Shown piece by piece: positions 28,043 to 37,988 of a DNA stretch of 64,000 bases. A program made the translations under genes and the position numbers. The notes beneath the pieces are model-generated. The model made no database searches, was not told where the DNA came from, and worked only from the letters and a program-made list of their open reading frames with translations. The DNA comes from Pseudomonadota bacterium (GTDB lineage Bacteria; Desulfobacterota; Binatia; Binatales; Binataceae). The stretch covers positions 74,646-138,645 of the forward strand of contig JAJPHZ010000022.1 of the NCBI GenBank assembly GCA_021325025.1, given 5' to 3'. The number at the start of each line of letters is the position of its first letter. The stretch's first letter is position 1.

Positions 28043-28813
28043 ATGGATCTTCGCCTTCACGGCAAAGTTGCGATCGTAACCGGCGGTAGCAAAGGGATCG
28101 GACGGGCGGTGGCGCTCGGCCTGCTCGCCGAAGGCGCGCGCGTGCTGATCTGTGCGCGGGGGCAGGAGGCGCTCGATGAGACCGTCGCGGCGGCGGGCCC
28201 CGACGGCGCGGCAAGCATCCTTGCCGCAGCCGCCGACCTGACCCGGTCCGAGGCGATCGAAGCGGTCGTCGAGCGCTGCCAAAGCCATTTCGGCGGAGTC
28301 GATATCCTGGTCAACAACGCCGGCAGCACCCGCCCGGGCGAGTTTCTCGAGCTCAGCGACCAGGCCTGGACGGAGGACTTTGCGCTGAAGTTTTTCGGCT
28401 ACGTGCGGATGGCACGCGCGGTCATCCCGATCATGGAGCAGCGCGGCGGAGGCGTGATCGTCAATGTAATTGGCACCGGCGCGCTGCGCCCGGCGGCGGG
28501 CTTCATGATCGGCGGCGCGGTCAATGCGGCGCTCAACCATTTCACCAAGGCGCTGGCCGACGAGGGCGCCAGGCGCGGGGTGCGCGTGGTGGGCGTCAAT
28601 CCGGGCCCAATTATGACCGAGCGCCTGCTGCGCTTCCTGCCGGCCGGCGAGCAACGTAATAGGGCGATGCGGCGCGCGACTCCGCTGGGCCGCGCGGGCC
28701 GGCCCGAAGAAGTCGCCGACCTGGTCGCCTTCCTCGTCTCCGAGCGCGCCTCTTTCATCCACGGCGCCAACATCACCATCGACGGCGGCGCCAACCCCGG
28801 GCTGATGGGTTGA
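28043..28813 (+). CDS. SDR-family oxidoreductase
   Basis: TGGSKGIGRAV Rossmann motif; the NNAG motif is present. Confidence 0.8.
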   Translation: MDLRLHGKVAIVTGGSKGIGRAVALGLLAEGARVLICARGQEALDETVAAAGPDGAASILAAAADLTRSEAIEAVVERCQSHFGGVDILVNNAGSTRPGEFLELSDQAWTEDFALKFFGYVRMARAVIPIMEQRGGGVIVNVIGTGALRPAAGFMIGGAVNAALNHFTKALADEGARRGVRVVGVNPGPIMTERLLRFLPAGEQRNRAMRRATPLGRAGRPEEVADLVAFLVSERASFIHGANITIDGGANPGLMG

Positions 28814-29634
28814 TGGACTCGATACTGGGGCTTGCGCCTCTTATCCAGTTTTTTCTCGTCTTCAGCGTGTTCGGTCTGATCGGCGTGCTGGGTCCCGCCC
28901 TGGTGCGGCGGCGCGCCAAGGGCCTGGCGGCCAAGGAGCATCACGACGTCCTTGGCATCATGTTCTCCGTGGCGGCGGCATTCTATGGCGTCGTGCTCGC
29001 CTTTGTGATCGTCGCCGCCTGGCAGAATTTCCAGGAGGCCACCGCGCGCGAGCGGGCCGAAGCGCTGGCGCTGACCGAGATTTACGTCATCAGCACGCGG
29101 CTACCGCCGCCGATGCAACAGCGGATGTTGGCGGCGCTGCGCGGCTACATTACCGACGCCTTGAACTACGAGTGGTCGGGCAAGCCGAACTTAAGGGCGG
29201 GGCGCCAGGAACTGGTCACCATGTTCAACGAATTGCTGGCGCTGGAGCCGCAAACCACCAAGCAGGCCATCCTTTATGGCAAGGCGATGGATCAGATCTC
29301 GCGCCTGTTCGAGGCACGCCAGGAGCGCCTGTTGTACACGCAAAACAATATTCCGCAGATCGTGTGGACGGTGATCATCTTCGGCGCGGTAGTAACGATC
29401 GCGCTGAGCTTTTTCTTCTTCACGCAGCATCGCGTGCTCCAGGCGGTGATTTCGATGCTGTTCGCGATGCTGGTGGGATTGACGATTATCGCGATTTACG
29501 ACCTCTCCCATCCCTACCAGGGCTTTTCGCGCATCCATCCGGCCGGGTTCAAGGAACTTTTGCGCGAGATCGATCGTCGCACCGCCGCGTTAGCGGGCAG
29601 CCAAGCGCCATCCGTGTTTGCACCGGTGCGCTGA
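28813..29634 (+). CDS. DUF4239-like integral membrane protein (unknown function)
   Basis: The start overlaps the upstream stop (TGATG). Two hydrophobic helices flank a coiled-coil region. Family assignment is tentative. Confidence 0.45.
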   Translation: MDSILGLAPLIQFFLVFSVFGLIGVLGPALVRRRAKGLAAKEHHDVLGIMFSVAAAFYGVVLAFVIVAAWQNFQEATARERAEALALTEIYVISTRLPPPMQQRMLAALRGYITDALNYEWSGKPNLRAGRQELVTMFNELLALEPQTTKQAILYGKAMDQISRLFEARQERLLYTQNNIPQIVWTVIIFGAVVTIALSFFFFTQHRVLQAVISMLFAMLVGLTIIAIYDLSHPYQGFSRIHPAGFKELLREIDRRTAALAGSQAPSVFAPVR

Positions 29635-29648
29635 GGAAAGCCGCGGGT

Positions 29649-30083
29649 TTATTCGGGGCGCAGCGTCAGGACCGGGCAGGGCGACTCGCGCACGACGCGC
29701 TCGGCGACGCTGCCCAAAAAGAAATGGCTGATTCCGGTGCGTCCGTGCGTCGCCATCACGATTAGATCGGCGCCGATTTCCGCCTGGGCCATCAGGATCC
29801 CCGCGGCGGGCTCGCCGCTGCGCGTGATCAGCTCATAATCGTCGATTTTGCCGACCAGCTTTTCCTCCGCCATCAACTCCAGCCGCTTTTTCGCCGTGAC
29901 TTCCCAAAACGGCTCCTTGTCCGCGGTCGAAGTCAGTTCGGCCGCGCCGATCGGGATGGCCGCCACGTACAGGACATACAGCCGCGCGCCGTTTTGCCGC
30001 GCCAGCCTGATGGCGAAATCAAGCGCCTTGAGGGAATGCTCAAGATCAATCGGACAGAGGATCTTGCTGAAGATGCCGGCCAT
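29649..30083 (-). CDS. Universal stress protein (UspA family)
   Basis: Opens [11 protein letters not shown]; the ATP-binding segment is [35 protein letters not shown]. Confidence 0.8.
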   Translation of the reverse strand: MAGIFSKILCPIDLEHSLKALDFAIRLARQNGARLYVLYVAAIPIGAAELTSTADKEPFWEVTAKKRLELMAEEKLVGKIDDYELITRSGEPAAGILMAQAEIGADLIVMATHGRTGISHFFLGSVAERVVRESPCPVLTLRPE

Positions 30084-30180
30084 CGGGGTTGCCAAACGCT
30101 GAACCTCCTGCCGCCTGGACGGTGCGAGAGGGGCGGCGGCCGCCGGCGCGCGGGTCCGGCACCGGCGGCCGCCGTCACTT

Positions 30181-30375
30181 CTAATCCTCGACGATCGAGA
30201 TGGCCTGTTTGGGGCAGACCCGTACCGCTTTCTCGACCTTGGCGCGCAGCGATTCCGGCGGATTTTCATTCAGGATATACAGCCGGTCGTCGGAGCGCAC
30301 CTGGAACACCTCCGGCGCCACTTCCATGCACCGTGCGTTGCTTTCGCACAAATCGTAATTGACCACTACTTTCAT
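30181..30375 (-). CDS. Small single-cluster ferredoxin ([3Fe-4S]/[4Fe-4S] type, P450-redox-partner-like)
   Basis: 64 aa. Cys ligands lie in CESNARC...CP. Confidence 0.75.
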   Translation of the reverse strand: MKVVVNYDLCESNARCMEVAPEVFQVRSDDRLYILNENPPESLRAKVEKAVRVCPKQAISIVED

Positions 30376-30551
30376 CGCTCTCTCCAGTTTCGCCGAAATC
30401 GCTGCCCGGAGGGTAACCGCCCCCGTTTTGTTGTCGCGCGTTCAAGCGTTCGTTTCCGATTTATCTTACAGATTGCAGCCGCTGGCAAGGGCGCCGCACG
30501 TGGCAAGCGTCCGGACCAAGCCTACGCCTTCTTCTGCCGCCCCAAAAGCGG

Positions 30552-30565
30552 CGCTTGCACAAGCG
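30552..30565 (+). promoter_or_regulatory. Perfect 6-2-6 palindrome CGCTTGcaCAAGCG about 60 bp upstream of the epoxide hydrolase gene (candidate operator)
   Basis: A perfect inverted repeat read directly from the sequence. It sits in the divergent ferredoxin/epoxide-hydrolase intergenic region. Confidence 0.25.
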
Positions 30566-30623
30566 ATCGATTGCGGCCTAAACCTGGGTTGGCGGGGCGG
30601 GGCGCCCAGACGGAGAAAAATCG

Positions 30624-31790
30624 ATGGCTCACAAAGAACCGTTCAAGATTGCGATTCCATCCGCGGTGCTGACCGACCTGCGCGCGCGGCTTAAGAAAAC
30701 CCGGTGGGCCGAGGATTTCGGCAATCAGCAATGGGCCTACGGCACCAATTTCGACGCGCTCAGGGAATTGGTCGATTACTGGCAGAAAGGCTTCGATTGG
30801 CGCCGCCAGGAGCGCGAAATCAACCGCTTCGCCCATTACCGGACCACCATCGAAGGTATTCCCATTCACTTCATCCACGAACCCGGCAAGGGCCCGCGTC
30901 CCATCCCGCTGATCCTGAGCCACGGATGGCCCTGGACGTTCTGGGACCTGCACAAAGTGATTCGGCCGCTGGCCGACCCTGCCTCCTTCGGCGGTTCGCC
31001 CGAGGACGCCTTCGACGTGGTGGTGCCGTCGCTGCCCGGCTACGGCTTTTCCACCCCGCTGACCACCACCGGTATCAATTACTGGCGCACCGCCGACCTG
31101 TGGGTCCAACTGATGCGCGACGTGCTCGGCTACGAACGCTTTGCCGCGCAGGGTGGGGATTGGGGCGCGCTCATCACTGCGCAGCTGGGGCACAAGTACG
31201 CCGATCGGATGATCGGTATCCTGGTCACAATGGTGGGCGGCCTGTCTTTGACCGGGGGCAACGGGCCCAAGCCCGAGGACTATGCGCCGGAGGAAGCCGG
31301 CTGGGGCGAGCGCACCGCCAGCTTCTTCCACGGTGAGAGCGGCTACTTCCATCTGCAAACCACCAAGCCCCAGACGCTGGCCTTTGCGCTTAATGACTCG
31401 CCCGTGGGACTATGCTCCTGGATCCTGGAAAAGCGCCGCACCTGGAGCGACTGCGGCGGCCAGGTCGAGCGGCGCTTTACGAAGGACGAACTCCTGACCA
31501 CGATCATGATCTACTGGGCAACGCAGAGTTTCGGCACGTCGGCGCGATACTACTACGAAGCGATACATAACCCGTGGCGTCCGTCGCACGAAGGCGGCTG
31601 CCTGGTCGAGGCGCCCACCGCGGTGTCGGTGTTCCCCAAGGAGGTCGTCCTGATGCCGAGGCGATGGGTGGAGCGCCACTACAATCTACAGCGCTGGACG
31701 GTGCATCAAAGCGGCGGCCATTTCGCCCCGATGGAAGAGCCCGAGGCACTGGTCGAAGATATCCGCGCGTTCTTCCGCACGCTGCGATAA
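30624..31790 (+). CDS. Epoxide hydrolase (microsomal-EH-like N-terminal domain + alpha/beta-hydrolase)
   Basis: EHN-domain opening (FKIAIPSAVLTDLRARLKKTRW). The HGWP oxyanion motif and the nucleophile elbow GGDWG are present. Confidence 0.8.
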   Translation: MAHKEPFKIAIPSAVLTDLRARLKKTRWAEDFGNQQWAYGTNFDALRELVDYWQKGFDWRRQEREINRFAHYRTTIEGIPIHFIHEPGKGPRPIPLILSHGWPWTFWDLHKVIRPLADPASFGGSPEDAFDVVVPSLPGYGFSTPLTTTGINYWRTADLWVQLMRDVLGYERFAAQGGDWGALITAQLGHKYADRMIGILVTMVGGLSLTGGNGPKPEDYAPEEAGWGERTASFFHGESGYFHLQTTKPQTLAFALNDSPVGLCSWILEKRRTWSDCGGQVERRFTKDELLTTIMIYWATQSFGTSARYYYEAIHNPWRPSHEGGCLVEAPTAVSVFPKEVVLMPRRWVERHYNLQRWTVHQSGGHFAPMEEPEALVEDIRAFFRTLR

Positions 31791-31807
31791 ATCATCGAGC
31801 AGCGCGG

Positions 31808-32467
31808 ATGACGATCGGCCAATTGCGAACAGGAGGACTGGCAGTGGCGTCGGCTGACTATCGAATTACAAGCATCGAGCAGTTGCGCGGGCTTGTCGGC
31901 GAGCCCTATCCGATTGTGAAACACAAGCTGCTGACCGCGCTGGACGAGATGGCGATCGATTTTATCCGGCACGCGCCGTTTTTGGTTCTCGGCACCGCGG
32001 ACGCCGACGGCAACCTGGACGTATCGCCCAAGGGCGACGCACCGGGTTTTGTTGCGGTGGAAAACGAAACCACCCTGCTGGTTCCCGATCGCCCCGGCAA
32101 CAAGCTGATCTTCAGTTTGCAGAACATCCTGGCCAATCCGCAGGTCGGGATGATCTTCATGGTGCCGGGCACCGACGAAACCCTGCGTGTCAACGGCACC
32201 GCCCAATTGACCACCGATCCCGCCGTCCTGAACCGGCTGGCCGCGCGGGGCAAAACGCCGCTGCTGGCGATCCGTGTGTCGGTGCGCGAATGCTTTTTCC
32301 ATTGCGCCAAGGCCTTTCGCCGCTCCCAGCTTTGGCATCACGAGAACTGGCCGCCGCCGGTGCGGGTGTCCTTCGGCAAGCTGCTCGCCGCCAAAATGGG
32401 CGGCAACGAAGAGCTGGCCCGGCAAATCGATTTGCAATGCGAAGTGGATTACAAAGACAACCTGTAG
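31808..32467 (+). CDS. Pyridoxamine 5'-phosphate oxidase-family FMN/F420-binding flavoprotein (MSMEG_1061-like)
   Basis: Family-like segments FLVLGTADADGNLDVSPKGD and LRVNGTA. Confidence 0.65.
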   Translation: MTIGQLRTGGLAVASADYRITSIEQLRGLVGEPYPIVKHKLLTALDEMAIDFIRHAPFLVLGTADADGNLDVSPKGDAPGFVAVENETTLLVPDRPGNKLIFSLQNILANPQVGMIFMVPGTDETLRVNGTAQLTTDPAVLNRLAARGKTPLLAIRVSVRECFFHCAKAFRRSQLWHHENWPPPVRVSFGKLLAAKMGGNEELARQIDLQCEVDYKDNL

Positions 32468-32739
32468 CCGAAAAGGTTGGGCCTTTGTCTCAGATTGCGC
32501 GTTCCGAACCCTGGATAGAGGGCTGCTTTCCTGAACTTCTCTCCCTCCGGGAGCGATTAGAGTGAGGGGAGCAGGTTGCGGAAAATCCCTTTTTTCGCAA
32601 GCTGTTAGTTAGCGTTCTGACCGCAACGCAGCGGCGCCGGACCGCCGGATTGCGCCGCAACAACGCCAATCCTATCGGCTCACCGGCGGCGAGAACGACG
32701 TCTTCGGCTCCGCGACGTACTTCTATTGCGCCGACTCCC

Positions 32740-33609
32740 TCAAATCTCGAGCATCTGGCGGGCGTCTTGTGGGGTGGCCACCTCGTGGCCCATCGCCTTT
32801 ACGATCTGCACCGCGCGCTCGACGATTTGCGGATTGCTGAGCTTGCCCTCCCTGCGGTACTGATAGTCCTCCAGCCCCAGCCGGATATGCCCGCCCATCG
32901 CGACCGCCACCGGCGCGATTTGCAGTACGTCGCCGCCAAAGCATGAGGCGAACCAGTAGGCGCGCACGCCTTTGAGCATCTGGTTGTAGGCCTGGATGCT
33001 CTCGACGGTCGGGGGCAGGCCGAAGGGCTGCTCGGGTCCGCCGAAGTAGTATTTCAGCAGCAGCGGTTCTTCCAACAGCCCCTGCTCCAGAAAGATCAGG
33101 CAGGTGCGCAGGAAGGTGGCGTCGAAGATTTGCAGGGTGGGGCGCTTGAGCCCGCATTCCTTCATCAGCTTCAGTGTATCGCGCAGCACGTCAAAGGAGT
33201 TTTGATAGGTGCCGCCGCGCAGGGTTTTGGTCTGCGCGTCCCACACCGCCAGGTTGACCGAGCCCATGTCGGCGGCGCCCAGGTCGGGCCGGGTGGCGGG
33301 GTCCTTGGAAAGCTCCACGAAATGGCTGTAGCGCACGGCGGCGTCCTTGCCGCCGGGGAAGGTCGGCCACAGCAGCGGCGCGCCGGCGCCCATCGCGGAG
33401 CGGACCCGTTTGTAGACCTCCGCATAGTAGGGCACGTCTTGGCACCATTCGCCGTCGGGCTTGCGGACGTGGAAGTGGATCAGCGCGGCGCCCGCCTTGC
33501 AGGTCGCGATCGCGTCGGCGGCGATTTCCTCCGGCGTGTAGCCGATATGGGGATTGGCCTCCTTCATCGCGATGCCGTTGATCGCCGACTCGATCATTAC
33601 TTTCGCCAT
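32740..33609 (-). CDS. 3-keto-5-aminohexanoate cleavage enzyme-like (BKACE/DUF849 family)
   Basis: The opening AINGIAMKEANPHIGYTPEEIAADAIATCKAGAALIHFHVR matches BKACE. Length 289 aa. Confidence 0.75.
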   Translation of the reverse strand: MAKVMIESAINGIAMKEANPHIGYTPEEIAADAIATCKAGAALIHFHVRKPDGEWCQDVPYYAEVYKRVRSAMGAGAPLLWPTFPGGKDAAVRYSHFVELSKDPATRPDLGAADMGSVNLAVWDAQTKTLRGGTYQNSFDVLRDTLKLMKECGLKRPTLQIFDATFLRTCLIFLEQGLLEEPLLLKYYFGGPEQPFGLPPTVESIQAYNQMLKGVRAYWFASCFGGDVLQIAPVAVAMGGHIRLGLEDYQYRREGKLSNPQIVERAVQIVKAMGHEVATPQDARQMLEI

Positions 33610-33830
33610 GGCATCCTCCGCTTGGATGGTTACGTGGGTTGGCTAGCAAAGCGTCGCACGAACATCAAGGCGCCGGAACGTGCGCGCCTTGATTATTGGC
33701 ATCCGAAGGGTTACGCCATGCGTTCGTGGATCGCCGCCGGCGCGCCGCCGTATCAGATCCGGACCGAGCGGCGCAGTTTGCGGCGCACGACAAGAGGATT
33801 TGCATAAGGGGCACTGCCGTGGGGATCACG

Positions 33831-35069
33831 ATGTCGCGACAGATGCGCGGATGGGCGATCGTTGGGGCGTTCTTTCTGGCCGCCGCCTTCATCCAGGGCT
33901 CGGGCTTCGACACCACCGGCGTCTTCATCGCGCCGCTGGTCAAGCATTTCGGATGGAGCCGCACGCAGGTCTCCACGCTGCCCTCCATGATCGCGATCTT
34001 CATCGGCGCCTCCGGTCCGCTGATCGGATGGCTGCTCGACCGGCTTCAGGCGCGATGGATCGCGGCGGCGGGCAGCCTGCTGGCGGCGGCGGCCTTCGTG
34101 ATCGCCGGGTCCGCCAACAGCTTCACCGCGATGGCGCTGGCCTACTGCACGCTGGGCGTGGGCATGGCCGCGGGCGCCGTACTGCCCTGCTATTTCGTGG
34201 TGAGCAACTGGTTCAGCGACCGGCGCGGCCTGGCGCTTAGTGTATCGCAGGTCGGGATCGAAGTCGGGGGCACCGCGATGGCGCTGCTGACCGCCTACCT
34301 CATCCAGGCTCACGGATGGCGTTTGGCCTACTTCGCCCTCGCGGTTCCGATCGTACTTTTGGTCACGCCGCCATTGGCGCTGCTGGTGCGCAACCGCCCG
34401 CCCGATGAGCGGCCGGACGCGGCCGATGGCGCCCAAGCGCAAAACGCCGCCGGACTGGATGTCCGCGCGGCGCTTTGTTCGCGTTCGTTCTGGCTGATCG
34501 CGATGTTCGATTTCTGTGCGGTCGCGGTGGGCACTGGCCTGGTCGTGCACCTGGTGCCCTATCTGATCGGGCTGGGCTTCAGCTCCACGCACGCGACCAC
34601 CGCGTTCAGCATCATGCTGGCCTTTCAACTGCCCGGTAAGCCGGTGCTCGGATGGCTCGCCGACCGCATCGGGATTCGGCTGACGATGACGCTGGACGCG
34701 GTGGCCATCGCCGCCGGCTGCGTGCTGCTGCTGGGCGCCCGCCACATGCTGCCGCTGGCATTGTTCGTGGCGCTTTATGGTTTTACCTTCGGCGCCCCGG
34801 TGCCGCTCATCCCGATGCTGCTGGCCGACGCGGTGGGGCTTAGGCGGTTCGGGTCGCTGATGGGGCTGTTGTCGATTCCGGCGGTGATCGGCAGCGCCCT
34901 GGGACCGATTGTGGCGGGTGCGATCTTCGATCGGACCGGCAGCTATGTCTGGTCGATCGAGCTGTTTGCGGCGATCGTGGCTGCCGCCGCGCTGCTGCCG
35001 CTGCTGTGTGTGCCGTTTGCGGCGGGCGGCGCCAGTCAGGCGCCGCGTCGGGCTGCGGCCGCATCCTGA
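33831..35069 (+). CDS. MFS transporter
   Basis: 12 predicted TM helices. MFS loop motif WLLDRLQARW after TM2. Confidence 0.75.
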   Translation: MSRQMRGWAIVGAFFLAAAFIQGSGFDTTGVFIAPLVKHFGWSRTQVSTLPSMIAIFIGASGPLIGWLLDRLQARWIAAAGSLLAAAAFVIAGSANSFTAMALAYCTLGVGMAAGAVLPCYFVVSNWFSDRRGLALSVSQVGIEVGGTAMALLTAYLIQAHGWRLAYFALAVPIVLLVTPPLALLVRNRPPDERPDAADGAQAQNAAGLDVRAALCSRSFWLIAMFDFCAVAVGTGLVVHLVPYLIGLGFSSTHATTAFSIMLAFQLPGKPVLGWLADRIGIRLTMTLDAVAIAAGCVLLLGARHMLPLALFVALYGFTFGAPVPLIPMLLADAVGLRRFGSLMGLLSIPAVIGSALGPIVAGAIFDRTGSYVWSIELFAAIVAAAALLPLLCVPFAAGGASQAPRRAAAAS

Positions 35070-35134
35070 AACCGCAATCATGTCAATTTTGAGTAGTTTT
35101 CAAAACCGATCAATCAACGCAGGGAGAGTTGGCA

Positions 35135-35887
35135 ATGGCAGGTCGACTGTCGGGCAAGGTGGCATTGATTACGGGCGCCGCCGCGGGAATGGGCGCGGCC
35201 TTTGTGCGCGTATTCGCGGCGGAGGGCGCCCGGGTGGCCGCCGCCGACATCCAGGACGAACTGGGCCGCACGGTGGCCGATGAGGTCAATCGCGCCGGCG
35301 GAGAAGCGATTTATGTGCATCTGGATACCAGCCGGGAATCGGACTGGGCCGAAGCCGTGGCGCACACCGTCAAACGCTTCGGCAGGCTGACCACGCTGTG
35401 CAACGTGGCCGGCATTTACCGCACCGAGGGGGTGGAGGCCGAAACGATGGAAGGCTGGCAGCGGCTGATCGCGGTCGATCAGACCGGTGTATGGCTGGGC
35501 ATGAAGGCGGCGGTGCCGCACATGAAGCAGGCCGGCGGCGGCGCAATCGTCAACATCTCATCGGTGGCGGGGCTGTCCGCCCGCCCGATGGCGATTGCCT
35601 ATCACGCCGCCAAGGCCGCCGTTCACCTGATGAGCAAGGTGGCCGCGCTGGAGTACGCCGAACACAACATCCGCGTCAACTCCATTCATCCCGGCTTTAC
35701 CATGACCTCGACCGCCTCTGTGCTGCCCGAGGAGGTCAAAAAGGCGCTGGCCGATCCGGTGCCGATGCGCCGCGCGGCGACGCCCGAAGAGATCGCCTAT
35801 GGCGCCCTATACCTGTGCTCGGACGAAGCTGCCATCGTCACCGGCACCGAGCTGGTAATCGACGGTGGCCTGTCGGCGCGGCATTGA
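35135..35887 (+). CDS. SDR-family oxidoreductase (3-oxoacyl-ACP reductase-like)
   Basis: AGGGAGAG RBS. TGAAAGMG Rossmann motif, NVAG, and the catalytic S...YHAAK. Confidence 0.85.
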   Translation: MAGRLSGKVALITGAAAGMGAAFVRVFAAEGARVAAADIQDELGRTVADEVNRAGGEAIYVHLDTSRESDWAEAVAHTVKRFGRLTTLCNVAGIYRTEGVEAETMEGWQRLIAVDQTGVWLGMKAAVPHMKQAGGGAIVNISSVAGLSARPMAIAYHAAKAAVHLMSKVAALEYAEHNIRVNSIHPGFTMTSTASVLPEEVKKALADPVPMRRAATPEEIAYGALYLCSDEAAIVTGTELVIDGGLSARH

Positions 35888-36015
35888 GCGGCGTCCTTGC
35901 ATCAGATCAACGCCCCAGCGCGGTCTTGCGAAAGACCGCGCGCGGCGGGTAGGTCCCGAGAGTTGTCCGGTTGCGTGGGGCGGGAGGCGGTGATGGATGA
36001 TCCGGCGAAGAAGCT

Positions 36016-36189
36016 TCAGGACAACTCGACAGTCTGATCGGGTTGCGGTCCCGGAACCATGCCCTCGAGGTCGGGGTCTTTGCCGTCTTCACGCACGCGT
36101 TTCTGACGTTCAGCCGCACGCTCGACGCGCCGTTGTTCCTTTTGTTGTTGCTTCTGTCTGCGCGCACGTTCTCGCTGGCGTTTATCCAT
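36016..36189 (-). CDS. Small highly basic protein of unknown function (57 aa), possibly co-transcribed downstream of the RRM gene
   Basis: On the minus strand a GGAGG RBS sits 6 nt before the ATG. The product (MDKRQRERARRQKQQQKEQRRVERAAERQKRV...) is Arg/Lys/Gln-rich. No homology was recognised. Confidence 0.3.
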   Translation of the reverse strand: MDKRQRERARRQKQQQKEQRRVERAAERQKRVREDGKDPDLEGMVPGPQPDQTVELS

Positions 36190-36335
36190 GCATTTTGCCT
36201 CCGTCAACGGCATTTTCGAGGCTGATGAGAACCGGGCCGTCCGAATTGACGGCCCGGTCCGGCGCTGCTCAAGCGGCGCGCCGGAACCGGCCATCGCGCC
36301 TCAGGGCAAAATACGATCGCGCGCTGGCATCACTT

Positions 36336-36656
36336 TTACCAGCGGTTGCGGCCGCGGCCGGCACCGCCGCCGCTGTTGCGACCACGGTTGCCGGCGCCGA
36401 AGCCCGACTCGCGCGGCTTGGCCTCGTTTACCTTGATGTTGCGGCCCTTGAGTTCGCAATCGTTGAACTGACGAATCGCATCGGCGACTTCTTGCGCGGT
36501 CGCCATTTCGACAAAGCCAAAGCCCTTGGATTGTCCGGAAAACTTATCCGTGATGACCGTGGCGCTTTGCACTTGACCAACTTGCGAGAACAGTTCGTGA
36601 AGGTCGTCGTTGGTGACTGAGTAGGCCAGATTGCCTACGTATAACTTGCTGGGCAT
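36336..36656 (-). CDS. RRM-type glycine-rich RNA-binding protein
   Basis: RNP-2 (LYVGNL) and RNP-1 (KGFGFVEM) motifs. The C-terminal tail is Gly/Arg-rich (GFGAGNRGRNSGGGAGRGRNRW). Confidence 0.9.
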   Translation of the reverse strand: MPSKLYVGNLAYSVTNDDLHELFSQVGQVQSATVITDKFSGQSKGFGFVEMATAQEVADAIRQFNDCELKGRNIKVNEAKPRESGFGAGNRGRNSGGGAGRGRNRW

Positions 36657-37092
36657 TTTGCCCTCCGAGAGTTTGTGCCGGGGCAGCTCCGAACAGAGAA
36701 CCCGAGCTCATTCCCGGGTAGATGTGAAAGGAACGTCCGAACGTTGAGCCTTAACTCTACACCTGCCCGGCTCCTAAAGATACCCCCGTCCTGACCTGAT
36801 CGCTGATTTTTTCGAGCGGGCCGCGATTTTTGTTCGTCCCCTGGATGTACTTCTGCCGCCGCAAAGAATAAGGTGGAGGCTGCTCGACGTCGGATGCGGT
36901 CCTTCCCCGACCACCACGCGTCGCCTGCTGGGGACAATCCGAACCGCTTGAGGCAAGGAGTTCGGTAATGCCCCGCGAGCGCGTTGGAAATCTCGCCAAT
37001 CACAAGCGCCACCTGCGCATTGCTCGCATGCCATTACCAGAAAACATCAACGCAGCGTTCGATCGGTATAATCGATAAAGGCTTGTAAAAGC

Positions 37093-37875
37093 GTGATAGA
37101 AAGCATTCGCAACCAGATGTATCGCGTGTACCTCGATTTCCTTGAGACCGCCGAGAAGAAGCGCCACTGGAACATTTTCAACGATGTGCCGTGGGAGCGG
37201 CTTGAAACCTCAAAAGCGACCGAAAACTGCGCGCAGTGCGTGGAGATCTTCTGTGCCGAGGAGCTTTATGTCCCCGATTACAGCTCCAATGGGCTGGAGC
37301 TGGTACGTTCGCGATTCGGCATGGCCTGGTTCCAGACCTGCTGGGCCTTCGAGGAGTCCAGGCATGGACTGGTTTTCCGCGAGTACCTGACCCGCTCGGG
37401 CCTGCGGTCGGAAGCCCACGTCGAGGCCCTGGAGGCGAGCGTATGTGCCAAGGCCTGGAAGCTGCCGTTCCAAACGCCGCGCCAGATGGCGTGCTACGGA
37501 GCCTTGCAGGAGGGCGCGACCTATGTTGCCTACAGGCGTCAGCGCGACCAGGCGCGCAGCGCGAACGACCGTGTGCTAGAAGCCATCTTCCATCTGGTGG
37601 GCCGGGATGAAGCGGCGCACGGCGGATTTTACCGGGCCATCATCGAGCTGGAACTCGCGCAGGACCGCGCGGCGACAATCGCTGACCTGGCCGAGGTAAT
37701 TTCGAACTTCAAAATGCCCGGCGACGGCCTAATCGCGAACTACCAGCAAAGACTGCGGGCTTGCGGTGCAGGCATAAGTGCTCGCGCATTTGTCGAGCAT
37801 GTGGTGTGGCCGCTTCTGGTCACCCTGCAAATCAGCCGCCAGGAACTCAAAGCAGCCATCAACGCGCGCAGATAA
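37093..37875 (+). CDS. Soluble acyl-ACP desaturase-family di-iron protein (fatty acid desaturase type 2, DesA-like)
   Basis: Two EExxH di-iron motifs (EESRHG and DEAAHG) in a ferritin-like fold. GTG start at 37093 (alternative ATG 37117). Confidence 0.7.
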   Translation: MIESIRNQMYRVYLDFLETAEKKRHWNIFNDVPWERLETSKATENCAQCVEIFCAEELYVPDYSSNGLELVRSRFGMAWFQTCWAFEESRHGLVFREYLTRSGLRSEAHVEALEASVCAKAWKLPFQTPRQMACYGALQEGATYVAYRRQRDQARSANDRVLEAIFHLVGRDEAAHGGFYRAIIELELAQDRAATIADLAEVISNFKMPGDGLIANYQQRLRACGAGISARAFVEHVVWPLLVTLQISRQELKAAINARR

Positions 37876-37988
37876 AAGGCGCGACATGGGCGTGGAGCGC
37901 CGGCACCGATGGAGCCCCCCCTTGATGCGCCCGCCGCCGTTGGTGCGGCATCAGGCCGCGCGCTGCAACACCTTGCCTGGCCGCAAGC

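Noticed and set aside
30497-30512. TGGCAAgggcgCCGCA sigma-54-like site between the ferredoxin and epoxide hydrolase genes
   Set aside because: The -12 element deviates (CCGCA). With no supporting enhancer or activator context it stays a chance-level match.
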